Below the pieces are notes generated by a model. That model was not told the origin of the DNA. It made no database searches and was given only the letters and a program-made list of their open reading frames with translations. The translations under genes and the position numbers were made by a program. 64,000 nt of DNA from Octopus bimaculoides (lineage: Eukaryota): contig NC_068990.1 of NCBI RefSeq assembly GCF_001194135.2, positions 81,251,854 to 81,315,853 on the forward strand, written 5' to 3'. This document shows, piece after piece, positions 24,557 through 37,157 of the stretch; position 1 is the first letter of the stretch, and the number at the start of each line of letters is the position of its first letter.

Positions 24557-26194
24557 ACATGTATAGATAATCTTTTTTTTTTTACCCTTCAACGTACATG
24601 TATAGATACTCTTTTCTTTACCCTTCAACATACAGCCGTCATCCATGTTTAGTTACGTCCCTCAACCTTTTCACTGGCTCCATTGTATCTTCATAAAATA
24701 ACCAAACTGCCTCGTGAACGTTAAACTTTCTCTTATGAACCAGATACTAATTCAACTTTGTAGAATTGTTAACACTCTACAAAGTACAAGAAGAACCCAT
24801 ACTGTAGTACTGATGTTATATAATAAATATCCTTGTTAATATGATTCTTTATTTTCCCTTCTACAAATACGGTATAACATAAAGTAATGTTTAATGCCAT
24901 AAAACAAACGTTAGTTTATAATGGATCTGTAAACAAGTTAAAAAGCTAAATTATAGGATGCAGAAATATGTTCAAAGCAATGCAACTGATGGATTCTTAA
25001 TACCATAAAGTGATTTAATAGAAATAGAAACTCTCTTAAATCATAAAGGAAAGACATACTGGATAACGTAAGCCTATATATAATACATCGCCTTTAATCA
25101 TAGGTCAGCTTGATCAAAAATGACATACAGCAAATCAAGAACATTAACGATACACTACAAAAATAAACTAAGTAACATCTAGGGATTTTTTTCTTCAAAT
25201 ATATCCTATCGAGGGAAAAGACGAACGTTCTATCTTAATGCTCATTAAAGTGAACACAGCCTGCATTACACTTAAGCATAAAATATCTCTCATGGTTTAT
25301 AACAATAACAGCGACATCAGCAAATGACCACAAGCCTACAAACTAAATAATAAACGTCATCTAAAATTAATATATTTAAATGTGGAGTAAATTCTACCAG
25401 GTCGTCATCTATCCTGTTAGAAACAGCAAACTTTCATCAAATCACACCCCACTGTCTTTAAAAATAAAGAGAGAAAACACATTGCATGATGTAATTCTGT
25501 CTTTAAAAGAGAGAATAGTTACAACTGGGGCGCTTTTGAGGTGGTGCAGACACGAACTCGATCAGAGCTAGCATGGCTAAACTACAAGAACAACATCGAC
25601 AACAGCAACACATTGAGATGGAAGCGTCATCACTCTGCATTTTACATTGGACGTTCAAGTATTAAACATTTTTCACCTGCAGACAATGTGTCTATACTGT
25701 GTAAACATTGTAACACGCAATATTATAGAGCTGAATTTAACTATAGCCTGAAACAGAACAGAAATTCATATCACAACTATATTATACAGCACATGGTGTA
25801 AGAGAAGACATGTCTAAAGTGCATTTTATGGTTTTTTACATTTTAATTACAAAGCTTGTCACGGCCGAATTTGCTTCCCAGATGTCTATGAAATAAAGTA
25901 AGTCAAGTACAGAGATCGATATAATCAATTGTACTCCTCCCCTCGAACTTTAACCGTTGAGTACAGGCTCAAAGATTAAGATACAAAAATAAAGTTTAAC
26001 ACAAGTAGTAAACAAGCTCATACTAGGTGACCTGTTCCAAGAGTTTCCTCTTCACATCGTTGCAACGTTGCAACGCAGTGGACATTAACGCGGTATCTCA
26101 TGATTGTAAAGTAAATATCGTAACTGCTTGGCCACGCCTTTGCCCATCTGAAAATACATGCTTACATAAGCATACGCATATATGATTGTATGTA

Positions 26195-26410
26195 GTGGCG
26201 TGTAGCTTAGTGGTTATGATGTTGCGTTTGTGATCTTAACATTGTGGTTTCCATTCGTGGGCTAGACAATACTTTGTATCACGTTGCTCCAGTTTATTCA
26301 GCTGGCAACAATAAGTAATCCTGCGACGGATCAATGTCCCATCCAGGTGGGAAATATATATACGCCACAGAATCCGGCCTTATGAGCCAATGGCTCAAGA
26401 AGGATCTTTG
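26195..26410 (+). mobile_element. Diverged tRNA-derived SINE sharing the family D central block
   Basis: A-box TAGCTTAGTGG; CACGTTGCTCCAGTTTATTCAGCTG shared with the 47722 copy; then CCTGCGACGGATCAATGTCCCATCCAGG (26320-26347). Confidence 0.6.
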
Positions 26411-27539
26411 ATCATTTGACATATTTGCGAATACATATAAAGCAATACTGCATAAAACGTCAGTATATATACGTGTGTTTGTAGGTGTTTATGTGTGTGT
26501 GTGTGAGTGTGTTAATTAAGAGCTCAAACAACTAGAGTTTGTTAAACTCCAATATGTCATAAACATAACAGTAAAATCAGTGAAAGAATCTTAAATGTAT
26601 ACACATTCTCGGTACAAATGATCCTTATGAGAAACGCATATTTAAAATAATAAGGCAGGCGAGTATAAGTTTCATTGTTAGAGCTTATTTTATTTAAATT
26701 CAACAGCTCTTTCATTAGGAATTAGCATAAGTAATTCTATAATTACGTAATTAAGATACATAATGAATGAAAATTAATATAAATTTATTTGAAGCAACGC
26801 TTATTCAACCGGCTGCGCCTACTAATTGTATTTACTTTATGTATGTATGTGTTTATATATACATATACATATACATAATGACGTCTGTATTACGGAAATG
26901 ATGTAATTCGCTTAATATTTCAATATGCAAAGGCCAATGAAATGAGTATCGGGTTAAAGACGAAAACAACATTCGTTTTTATAGTATGACAATCCAAGAA
27001 GATCTACATTGGGCGAGTTACATGGGAATGTTTATGATAACCTTCATCAATAACATTCATCTTTATTCCCCATCGATTTCCAAATCTATATACTTACTCC
27101 GTTCTAATTTTAGAGCTAGTGAGCAATGATTCTTTCCCGCCAATAAGTCAGTAAACGAATTATTTTAGGATTTCGAGCTTAACTTCATGCTAGACAAACA
27201 CAAGCAATTCCTGATGTAGAGGAATATATTTTACAAGTTGGATATATTTGCTATATACTGTACCCGGCAATCGAGTAGAGATTGCTCTTCTGAATTAGAC
27301 AGTAAATACAGATCGAGAATTAAATTAGGAACACTTAGTAACAACATCAGCAGCAACATGAACGACAGATACTTATGGGAGACAGACAAGATCAATGTAA
27401 ATTTCTTTCAATCAGTTGAATAGAAATTATCTGTGGGATAATTGCATTTAAGTTCATTGAAAAGACATAAAAAAAAATAACTGTATTTCCTGCATGTTAA
27501 AATCATATAAATAATATCGCCAAACAAATGGTAGACATA

Positions 27540-27713
27540 CGCACGCGCGCGCGCACACACACACACACACACACATAGATATGAACATGTATGTTTACAT
27601 ATATAACATATATAACACATACGTACACAGACATTTATGTATTTACAAATACACGCGCGCGCACACACACACACATATCTGCTTTTATGTATATATATAT
27701 ATTTGTTTTTGTA

Positions 27714-27806
<93 letters not shown>
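27540..27806. repeat. (CG)/(CA)/(TA) dinucleotide cluster ending in a long (TA)n
   Basis: Read directly. Confidence 0.9.
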
Positions 27807-27809
<3 letters not shown>

Positions 27810-28539
27810 TACAGAGAGGGAGAGTGAGAAAGAGAGAGAGGGACATATATCAAATATATATGTATGTATGAATATGTAATGTATGTATAGTTTATATTAT
27901 GTGTGTGCGCGTGTATACTTTTGTATTTATATATTATGTGTGTGAGATGAGATCGTGTGGTTTATGCTGTTGATTATGTTAGTAAGAGAGGGGTGTTTGG
28001 TCGACTTCCAAGTTTTTATATTTTGCCACCAGACAGGAATATCTATGGAAGCATGTATTTGAAATAATTGTTGACCTGGAAGTCTTTGAGTGGTGCAAGG
28101 GTTCATTGGTGAGTCATACATTACATTGATTCCCCAGGGAAAAGGCGGAATCGATCAGAATATTTGGCTGATATATAGTGGAAGGTTGAACAAATGTTTC
28201 AATTAGTTTACATTTATGTATGTCTATTTAACTATTTGTCTAGCAAAGTGATAGTTTTTAATGTTCTAACAACAAATCAAGAATAATAATTGTTTCTAAC
28301 ATAGGCACAAGGCCAGCGCTTTTGTAGGAACGGCTTATTTGATTATACTGCCTTCGGTACTTCACTGGTACTTATTTTATTAAGTTCTTGATGACTTCAA
28401 TTTCGATGTAAGGCCACTAATTTTCAAGGGTGTTTCTCACTAATTCTCAGACGTTTTTATCGACCCCCAACTGACTGGTATTGTATATTTTCAATCGTCT
28501 ACTGAGCAGAAAATCCTTAGGTCGTTTGTCGCCCTCAAA

Positions 28540-29760
28540 AACTACAACTTGGCTTTTTGCCCTCTAACGTCACTATCAAATCGGAGCCATTCGGAAATTC
28601 GATTAGGACGGAAATAGCTCCCAATTCCCAATTCATTCGCATTAATAGATCCATGCCTCGATACCCAAACAGTTTTCTTGGAGCATCTGGTGCACTTCCA
28701 AAGGTGCTTTATCTTCGTCAATGAGCCAGACATCCATCACCAACCACCAGATATTTATTACTACTAGCATATCTATCAGGCTCCCTTTCACAACTCGTTT
28801 GTCTATATATGATGGCACGTGGATGAACTCTTCATTGTTAATTGGGGCTGTGGGAAAATTCTTCGCTTCGAATTCAGACCCAGATTTAACATCATTTTCG
28901 CTAAAACATTCCCCTAGTTTAACGAAAGTTGTTTTGTTTCCACACAGCCCCCAGACAACCTTCTGTCTGCCTCTGGCTGTTTCTTTGAGCCTGCACAACA
29001 TAACGGTACCACTAGGTTTACTTTCCTTCCACTCCTTTTTAAGGGACTAATTCCGTTTCTTTTATTACTTTTCTCTGCAACTCAAGTATTTCTGTGACGC
29101 AAGCTGCGTTGTCAAAGGATCTTGTTGGTTAAAATCCCTCTCTGCGTTGTGGCAATTCTGACTTCATTCGACGGTGATGGATTTGACGGCTGTAGTGGAA
29201 AGACCATTTGTGGTTGTGGCATTGGTTATTGTTACTACAAGGATTGCGTCTTCATAGTTGTCTGCTGCTAAAAGTAGAGTAGTGGTGGTTGATGGTGGTC
29301 GTGATAGTACTTCTATGACTGCTGAACTTTGAGTTGACCTAGCGACGGCGGGGTTGTTGTTTTTGTTAGGTGTTTTTGTGCTTGCAGCTGTTGCGGTTGC
29401 TGCTGATTGTGTTGTTGCTATTACTCGCATGTGCTGCGGTGATGGCGGCGGCGGCGGTGGTGGTGGTGGTGGTGTTGATGGAGGGGTCGGCATCGACATC
29501 GACATCGTGGGTTGTGTTTGGCAGATTGTTTTTATTGTTGTAGTTCTTTTTTTTGTGTGTGTGGTATGTTGTCCGTGTTGTTGTTGTTGGACTACATGTA
29601 GGGTTAACAGTACGAATAGCGAAATGAAATTCTGGGAAATAATTCTCGTAGTCGTTCTAATAGTCATCCATATCTAATATTTTCGGCGACATTTCATTAC
29701 TTCTGCCGTTCTTAGGGATCTTAAAAATGGTTGTGGGGTTGCATTTTCACTACTAAATGA
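28540..29760 (-). other. Candidate 5' UTR / first exon of an unidentified gene
   Basis: About 1.2 kb of GC/CpG-elevated sequence with no match to the repeat families above, mixed AAC/ACC/GCC/GCA triplet runs and three minus-strand ORFs (29164-29667, 28642-29001, 28542-28733). None has a recognisable domain, and no strong splice donor was found. Confidence 0.3.
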
Positions 29761-30228
29761 TGAGAAGTAAAAAAAAAAAAAAAGCCTAATGAAAAATGAT
29801 ATTAAACGCCCTATCTCCATCTCGATATTTTGAGTTTGGGTCCTACCTATGACGACATCGTTTTCAGCCCCTCCACAGTTTTTTCCTTTTTTTCTTTTTT
29901 CTATCGAAGTATTTATTGTGCATCAGTGCAGGGCCAGTCCTGTTTTTGAATTTTTGTTATCGATTTATTGTTTTAGGTGATGCTCCACTCCGGTTAACAT
30001 CAAGGGTTTATCATTGTTACTAAGATCCCGTTAACCTTGTTTCCTACTATATTAGGGACCAGTAGTAAGAGAGAATTTGAACTCAGAATGAAAAGAAGCA
30101 GAACAGATACCGCAGCACATCTCATCACAATTTCGCCAATGTAGCACACTACACTGATATTGAGCCTCTCGAACCCAAAAGGATGAAAAGTTGACCGGCT
30201 GGAATAAATATAAAAAGTTATTTTATCC

Positions 30229-30396
30229 GTGGCTGTGTGGTAAGTAACTTGCTTACGAACCACATGGTTCCGGGTTCAGTCCCACTGCGTGGCACTTTGG
30301 GCAAGTGTCTTTTACTATAGCCTCGGGCCGACCAAAGCCTTGTGAGTGGATTTGGTAGACGGAAACTGAAAGAAACCCGTCGTATATATGTATATA

Positions 30397-30444
<48 letters not shown>

Positions 30445-30664
30445 NNNNNNNNNNGTGTGTGTGTGTTTGTCCCCTCAACATCGCTTGACAACCGATGCTG
30501 GTGTGTTTACGTCCTCCCCGTAACTTAGCGGTTCGGCAAAAGAAACCGATAGAATAAGTACTAGGATTCCAAAGAATAAGTCCTGGGGTCGATTTGCTCG
30601 ACTAAAGGCGGTGCTCCAGCATGGCCGCAGTCAAATGACTGAAACAAGTAAAAGAGTAAAAGAG
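30229..30664 (+). mobile_element. SINE family B
   Basis: GTGGCTGTGTGGTAAG..CCAGCATGGCCGCAGTCAAATGACTGAAACAAGTAAAAGAGTAAAAGAG. Confidence 0.85.
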
Positions 30665-31308
30665 TGAAGAGATATCATAATAAGTCTGTTAATTCACCGC
30701 CTTGTCCATTCTTGCTCTGTACTGAGACAGATTTCATCGACGATACGTCTTCGGTAGAAACGTCTGCTCCCATCTGGCCTCACGCCAGAGTTTTAATACA
30801 GTTTGATGATGTTTCCATCTCTAATACTGGCACAGAACCAGAAATTCTGCCAGTGAGGAATATTGAATTTAATCACCCCGCTGTATTTCACTGGTACGTA
30901 TTAACATTGTACATACTAAAGAGAGGAGCATTATGGAGTCATCCAATCTACCAGAAATAGTAGGTAAGTTCCTTCAAATCTCGTCCAACTGCCTCAACGA
31001 ATCAAACAAAACAGAAGACAATTATAGTCATATGTTTCCCTTAAAAAGACCAATACTGATCTATGAGTGAAACAACAAAGACAATAACGACTGGTAGTCG
31101 TTTTAGATGCCCACGAAAGGATTACAGGTAGTCATTTCCTGTGAAATGCGAACTGTGGACTTTGTAGGACATAACTAAATACAACATTGCATTCAATACA
31201 GAGATCCACATATTCTGACGTCAAACGGTCTTTTAATAGTAAAGATGAATTCTCCTGTCGAAGACAGCGTATGAGCATTCAGTCTTTGCCGAACAACCTG
31301 CACAGATG

Positions 31309-31346
<38 letters not shown>

Positions 31347-31349
<3 letters not shown>

Positions 31350-31458
31350 GGCCCGAAATTTTGGGGGAGGGGGCCAGTCGATTAGCTCGACCCAGTACGC
31401 AACTGGTACTTAATTTATTGAACCTGAAAGGATGAAAGCAAAAATCAACCTCGAAGGA
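31347..31458 (-). mobile_element. Family A2 SINE, 3' part
   Basis: CAAGGCCCGAAATTTTGGGGGAGGGGGCCAGTCGATTAG..GAAAGGATGAAAG is the reverse complement of the A2 tail and body. Confidence 0.75.
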
Positions 31459-31488
31459 TTACTGTATTGATGATATGAAACATCTGTA

Positions 31489-31613
31489 AGGAGGTGAGCT
31501 GACAGAAACTTTAGTACGCCAGGCGAAATGCTTAGCGGTATTTCGTCTGTCTTGATGTTTTGAGTTCAAATTCCGCTGAGGTCGACGTTGCCTTTCATCC
31601 TTTCAGGGTCGAT
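31489..31613 (+). mobile_element. Family A SINE, 5' part, cut by a gap
   Basis: GGAGGTGAGCTGACAGAAAC..GAGTTCAAATTCCGCTGAGGTCGAC..CATCCTTTCAGGGTCGAT. Confidence 0.8.
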
Positions 31614-32190
31614 NNNNNNNNNNNNNNNNNNNNNNNNNNNNNNNNNNNNNNNNNNNNNNNNNNNNNNNNNNNNNNNNNNNNNNNNNNNNNNNNNNNNNNN
31701 NNNNNNNNNNNNNNNNNNNNNNNNNNNNNNNNNNNNNNNNNNNNNNNNNNNNNNNNNNNNNNNNNNNNNNNNNNNNNNNNNNNNNNNNNNNNNNNNNNNN
31801 NNNNNNNNNNNNNNNNNNNNNNNNNNNNNNNNNNNNNNNNNNNNNNNNNNNNNNNNNNNNNNNNNNNNNNNNNNNNNNNNNNNNNNNNNNNNNNNNNNNN
31901 NNNNNNNNNNNNNNNNNNNNNNNNNNNNNNNNNNNNNNNNNNNNNNNNNNNNNNNNNNNNNNNNNNNNNNNNNNNNNNNNNNNNNNNNNNNNNNNNNNNN
32001 NNNNNNNNNNNNNNNNNNNNNNNNNNNNNNNNNNNNNNNNNNNNNNNNNNNNNNNNNNNNNNNNNNNNNNNNNNNNNNNNNNNNNNNNNNNNNNNNNNNN
32101 NNNNNNNNNNNNNNNNNNNNNNNNNNNNNNNNNNNNNNNNNNNNNNNNNNNNNNNNNNNNNNNNNNNNNNNNNNNNNNNNNNNNNNNNNN

Positions 32191-32222
<32 letters not shown>

Positions 32223-32574
32223 CCTTATAAGCTCTCAATCGCACATCACCGCCAACTGGTACTTGGTTACTCGGGTGAGTTCACTCCTTCGCAGGTATTT
32301 GTTTTACTCGGTGTGATTCAGTTATCAAATATTTCTATTGCTACATAATTTGTGTTGATTTATATACTTGACTTTATGTTTTAAACCAATTACATCACTC
32401 TTACGTGTTTGGAAAGATCGACAAATGTCATGATTTGCGCCACTCTACCTACGTCTGATTTATAAAGGAAAGCCATACGCCTATTTGTAAATGCATGCAT
32501 AGGAACATGCAAACACACACACGCACACACACATACACACACACATATGCACACACATATACACACTCACCTGC

Positions 32575-32765
32575 GCGCTGTGTGGTAAGAAGCTTGCTAC
32601 CCAACCACATGGTTCCGGGTTCAGTTCCACTGCGTGGTGCCTTGGGCAGGTAGTATCTTCTACTATAGCCTGGGGTCAATCAACGCCTTGCAAATGGAGT
32701 TGGTAGACGGAGACTAAAAGAAACCCGTCGTGTGCGTATGTATGTATATATATATATATATATAT
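32575..32765 (+). mobile_element. SINE family B, 5' half, ends at a gap
   Basis: GCTGTGTGGTAAGAAGCTTGC..GGGTTCAGTTCC..GGTAGACGGAGACTAAAAG, then microsatellite. Confidence 0.8.
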
Positions 32766-32918
32766 NNNNNNNNNNATTTTTTTCGGTGATTTTAAATGTC
32801 TTGCCCGCTTACGTTTTGGTATCCCGCTATATTTCATGTTGAGAACAATTTAGGTCTTAATAGACACAAGATGTGATCTATTTCTAGCACATTGAATGTC
32901 CACGTTAGTGGTCAACGT

Positions 32919-32949
<31 letters not shown>

Positions 32950-33061
32950 GGAACAAAAACGTAATAGAGGGTATTAAAACCTTCGGATAGAGAGACGAAA
33001 CAATCAAATTTACATTTGCAGTATATCAGCTAACTCCTCAAATCTAATATTTCCTAATTAC

Positions 33062-33228
33062 TTTTCGTCTGTCTTTACGTTCTGAGATCAAATTCCGCCG
33101 AGGTCGACTTTGCCTTTCATCCTTTCGGAGTCGATAAATTAAGTACCAGTTGCGTAATGGAGTAGATCTAATCGACTGGACCTCCTCCTCCAAAATTTCG
33201 GGCCTTGTGCCTAGAGTAGAAAAGAATA
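33062..33228 (+). mobile_element. 5'-truncated family A2 SINE
   Basis: TTTCGTCTGTCTTTACGTTCTGAG through CCTAGAGTAGAAAAGAAT. Confidence 0.8.
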
Positions 33229-33441
33229 TTTTCTAATACTGGTCGTTTACTAGAAAAGAAAGGGATACTTTATTATATTGCTATAACACCCATGAAGTTT
33301 TGGAAGTAGTGTAGTCAATTGAATTACTTTTATACTTGGCTTGCTTCAATTCCGTTAGAATGAAAGCCGATGCCGCTGGACATATGATTTGAATTCTTAT
33401 GAGTATATCAAGTATAATAAACACAAGCAGTAAAATTTACA

Positions 33442-34644
33442 TACATGATTTGAACGAAATAATGATGCCACATTGTTAAATGGAAGTTTTATTATTTAAC
33501 ACGGCGGTGGCCCACGTTGGGCAACAATCACAACTCTAGTACGTACAAGTTCTAAAATGTTGCTATGGGAATTTGAATTTGATGAATCTTCAACTAATAC
33601 CTGCAATAGCTTTTTCAGTGAGGATTTTAGGGGGAAAGCGGCTCGGATCCTCGCCTGCAGCTCCAAAATATGCCGTTAATGTATGATTATAACTGAGTGC
33701 TGGTAGGGTGGGGCCAAACCAAGTGACCTACTTCTCTTGGTACGAATTTTTAACATTATCATCTTAAAAGATTGCGCTACCATCAGGGAACAATTTTTGT
33801 ACTATAGGTATAGAAAGGATCAGCCAAAATACTCAGATAAATTATTGCGTTAACTTTGCTAAGTAGAACAACTAAAGGGCCAAGAGAATTCCTTTAGAAT
33901 GGATTTTAAATCATCATTGACCTACCTCTGGGCTTCACAGCAGGGGTTGAACAGTCTGGGATGAAGGTTTCTTTGGGTTGTCTCCGGACATAAACTTGCT
34001 TCTAAGAGGAAAGAGTGTGGATGAGGATTTTTCAGAGAAGATAACATAGTTCTATTAAGTCATTTAGCACTTCTGAGAGTCTAAACACTATTTTACCACT
34101 TCTCAGTGTTCACGGAGGAGAGAAGATGTGTAGCCGTTTGATAGTATCCAGCTTCACGTAGCTCACCACAGTTTTGGTTGACATAAGGGTTGGCAACATG
34201 AGGATTTAGTTCTACGTTCGCTTTTGCCACCGTATTTCGAATATTTTTAGACTCAAATTGTGTCGCTATTCTGCAGTCTCTCTCTCTCTCTGTGATCTTT
34301 GCCTTCTGACCAGAATTATCTCCTCCGGGACTAGTTTTCCTTAGTTTTGGAATACCAACAGGATTTTGCAGATTCTTCTTTTCGAAACGAAACAATTCAT
34401 CAGATTTTGTGATTAAAGCTCCAGCCCTAGTCGTTCCAACGATTTTTCCTCTTTGGCAATCAATAGATATTTGCAGAAAAAGAAATCAGGGGCCCCATAT
34501 CATGAGGTACAAAGCGGACTTAATGCATATAAACCCATATTTACAGATTAGAACAGCTTCAGATTTATCATATTACTAATAGTTAAAAAATAGTTAACTA
34601 GAAAATGATGTTTCCATTATTTTGTCCACCTTTATATGTCTGTA
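33442..34644 (-). mobile_element. Decayed, near full-length Tc1-family DNA transposon
   Basis: Degenerate TIRs: TACATGATTTGAACGAAATAATGATGCCAC at about 33442 versus GATGTTTCCATTATTTTGTCCACC...TGTA at about 34607-34644, enclosing a transposase pseudogene. Confidence 0.85.
33496..34476 (-). pseudogene. Tc1 transposase pseudogene (stops, frameshifts, eroded catalytic motifs)
   Basis: Manual translation gives DCQRGKIVGTTRAGA (cf. DFQRGQIVGARLAGA), NSGQKAKITERER, VELNPHVANP, VIFSEKSS (cf. VIWSDESS), LFPDGSAIF*DDN (33755-33772, cf. FQDDN) and C-terminal AQRGPPPC* (cf. ANGGPTPY). The listed ORF 34093-34395 is its N-terminal part. Confidence 0.85.
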
Positions 34645-37157
34645 CCTGGTTATTTACAACGGTTGAAATAGCTGTTACAGTTTAGTCTCTGTTAAACCTT
34701 GAAAGAGCACTCTGAATTAATACTAGTCAAAGTTTTTTCAGACTACTTTATCCGACTATAGAAAATGACCTTTTATTTTTTTATTTTTGTAATAAAGACA
34801 ATGAGATTTGATTCGAGAGATTTAACCGACATTTCTAGCAAGCCGTTCAACCAGGCAAAGCTCTTTCGTCTAGCGAGTGAGTGTAAGGTAAATATATCAT
34901 AGCATTGTATTAATGTTATTGTTTAGTGTTTGAACTCTACTAACCATAAGTCTATTTGAACGAACATATTTGTGTAGCCTAGTAAATAAAGCATTACTAA
35001 TCTTTGATTACTAGAATTTGATTTTTAGCTCGCAGGTCAAGTATGTATTTACATTGCTGTTCTGATTTCTTTAGTTAAGAACACTCGACTATAGACGTCT
35101 GAAGCTAACCTAATACGTCTTGCATTCCGGTAATAACAAATACATGTTAAGATTATCATTTTCTATATTCATATTATAAAATGTTCATCATAGCTCTCTC
35201 CTCAGATATAGTAAATAGTAGATTTATGAATGACCTCATAACATTTCTGATATTGTTTAATGTCTTTTTATCTTTATTAGTTCGTGACAAGAGATACTAT
35301 TTGATTTTCATCTAGTGTCCAACTAGATTTTATTACTCTCATGTTAGTGGTTACAAATTCACTCATAAGTAAGAGACGTACACTGTAGAGTTAGTTCAAA
35401 TAAGAATGGGAATCAGTTCGTGGACTTTCTTCTCTGGGAGTGTCATAAATACTCTGCATCGCTTATATTTTATACGAATAACATAGAATTAAATATACTA
35501 TGTGTGTGTGCATATTTGTGTCTGTATGTATATGTGTGTGCATGTATGTATGTGTGTATATGTATGTATGTATGTATGTATGAGTGTATGTAGATAGGTA
35601 TGTATGTATTTGAGAAATGGGAAAACTTTAATTATTCAGGATTCTAAACTGTAACTGCAATCAAATAATAAACGTTGTGCAAACACTTAAACCAAATCAG
35701 GTATAGAGGTGGCAATTCTCAAACCATTGAAATGAGTTACCTAGACTGAATTTTCAATTACTCAAAACAGGAAATAAGTATGCAATGAAGGAGAATAGAT
35801 ATTCTGATCTTAATTAGGCGACATGGAATCACTAGACGTGATTTAGAGATATTAGACCTTCTCAAAAAGACATGCTATTCAATGTGACTGCCAGATCCTT
35901 AAAGTAACATTACGGTATGAATATACGATAATGTAGACAAGAAAGCTTGGTTGTATGAATAGTTTTACATATCTATTGACGTACCTTATTCTATGAGTCT
36001 AAATCGCATAGATATGTCTATGTCTTCTATTCTATTCTCACAATCGAGTGGCAGGTATAGAGTGCTGGACCAAGAGCCTTGTGGCATAATGTTACAGTAT
36101 CTTACAACCCCCCAGCATGATTTGTATCCCTTATCTATTTATAGATGAAGTACCAGTTATGTAGTGGGCTCGATTTAAACATCTTCCTCGAAAAATAGTT
36201 TTAGTATTTATGCCAAAGTTAAAAATAATTATTAAATATTCTATTGACAATGATTGATGTGGCATCAGAAGTGAAAGATGCCAGTAGCAAAGTGGATGTT
36301 TATATTTCACTAATATTCATGATGTCGAGGTCAAACCGTCTTTTCATCCTTCTGGGATCGATAAAATATTCGCCATTTTCATTGGAGAAGGGAAGGTGGA
36401 CTATGGAAGATGAATAAGTTGGATTGTGTGTGGCGATTTGCTATGAATACTTGACATATCAACTATATGACTCACGATTTTAAGCTCAAATACTATCCGA
36501 ACTACCTGGGACAACTTTTCCCCAAGCTATCGTTGATCAACCCTATGTCAGCTGTAAAGATTCTTCCAATATGTTTTCATCAGAAGTACTCCCGACAACT
36601 AGTAGAAAGGTTAAGAGGGTAAGGGAGTAACCAGACGATCAATAATCTCTCACAGAAATATTTCAAATATTTTCTAGATTAGATTTTCCTTTACCAGCTT
36701 TTGTTTTACTTCACATTTGATGTCTGCTGGCATCGTTTGTTACTTTCGGAATATCTCAGTCGACTTTGTTCACATAGTTATGCAGGAATAATGCCAATAA
36801 CCTAGAAAAAGGCATAAACGTCACAGCAACTAATTTCTAATTAAAAGCTGTTATTATAAACTTGTTGAGAGTTGAGCATTGAACTATCAAATGTTGCATA
36901 AATGTTCAATGTTCAAATATTGCCCATATATCGAACTTTTAGATTTCATCCTTCTGAATTTAATAGCAGTATTATATTGGTGTTCTGACAGCAGATAATG
37001 CTCAATTCTTAACAAAACTGGGGGCATACTTCGTGAGTTGGAGAGTAGAAACATGTTATTTCGTTATTTTTTAACTATTGTCGAAACTTATATATATCCG
37101 TTATATGATAATAAATATTTCACTTGTCTTTTAGAGTCTGTAGAACTACATTTGATC

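Noticed and set aside
29354-29677. Plus-strand ORF with a signal-peptide-like start and Gly/Cys runs
   Set aside because: It is the antisense reading of the triplet repeats; composition explains the hydrophobicity.
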